In this document: positions 63,377 through 64,000 of the stretch, piece by piece | Position numbering within the stretch: position 1 is the stretch's first letter | Layout: each line of letters begins with the position of its first letter | NCBI RefSeq assembly: GCF_964204645.1 | Contig: NC_134026.1 | Coordinates: 15,968,150-16,032,149, forward strand | DNA length: 64,000 nucleotides | From: Tubulanus polymorphus | Taxonomy: Eukaryota > Animalia > Nemertea | Reading direction: 5' to 3' | Notes under the pieces: generated by a model | The model's input: only the letters and a program-made list of their open reading frames with translations | The model's database searches: none | What the model was told of the DNA's origin: nothing | Made by a program: the position numbers and the translations under genes

Positions 63377-64000
63377 ATAGGCCTATCGAGTGAATTAGTA
63401 CATAGACTGAATTAGACTTTAGGCTAGTCCTGACTTCACCAAGAATCTTAGTGTCTGATGTACCACATGGTTACACTAGGATCGTAGAGCGACAGAGATC
63501 ACTGGTGGAGACAACCGCTGCCAGTGCTGGGTGAAGTCCTGACCAAATCCTATCCATGTTATAATGGCACCAGTTATTAGTAACGTCACTGTAGGGCCGA
63601 CGAGAGGGAAAAAGTTGTGTTTGTAGTACATAGGCATGGTAGGCTTGTCGTACTCACTTAGGTCTAATACTTAAAACGCTGTTGTTATCTGTACGTGACT
63701 GTACGGTGATTTAAAGGTTAGCCATATGTGAGTACGTTGACGCTCAGACTTGCAATATTGGGATTCGAAACCAAACGAAAAAAAAATCCAGTAGTAGTCC
63801 AGTGATTTACCCACTGTGCCACAGAACGTAACTGGTGGGAGGATGAATTTGATTTACAAATAGCCTAGCCTCACCTAACCCAAACTCTGTTCTTTTACGC
63901 ACGCGTGTTTGCAGATTACACTAGGAACTCACGTACGGCGTTAGTCGGGAACTCACGTACGGTTAACCTGTGGAGATCACCGTACAGTCACGTACAGGTA

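Noticed and set aside
63900-64000. GGAACTCACGTACGG direct repeats
   Set aside because: Truncated by the window edge; probably TE subterminal repeats and cannot be classified.

Overview
This is an AT-rich animal genomic window, probably from an invertebrate, with spliceosomal introns; nothing here is prokaryotic. Three host genes are supportable: the 3' part of a vWA/Ca-EGF extracellular matrix gene (95-2899, +), a 4-exon GT14 core-2/I-branching GlcNAc-transferase (50165-52246, +), and a single-exon single-TM protein with a KCNE-like TM pattern (55966-56565, -). Between them lies a ~46-kb nest of mostly decayed mobile elements: two fragments of an AT-rich Polinton/Maverick-like endogenous virus, a Foldback/MULE-like element in two copies, a PIF/Harbinger element interrupted by a Gmr1-type (PR-INT-RT-RH) Gypsy LTR retrotransposon, an IS3EU-like DDE transposase gene convergent with a HECT E3 ligase gene, a Sola2-like transposon, a solo LTR, Penelope fragments with hammerhead ribozymes, Helentron-like non-autonomous elements and MITEs. 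The most interesting signal is that most ORFs of the Polinton-like fragments start within a conserved TGTTA(A/T)ATAAATGG motif. Its TAAATG core is the poxvirus late-promoter initiator, which hints at a virophage-like element relying on a large cytoplasmic DNA virus. All family assignments come from motif recognition by eye, not database searches.
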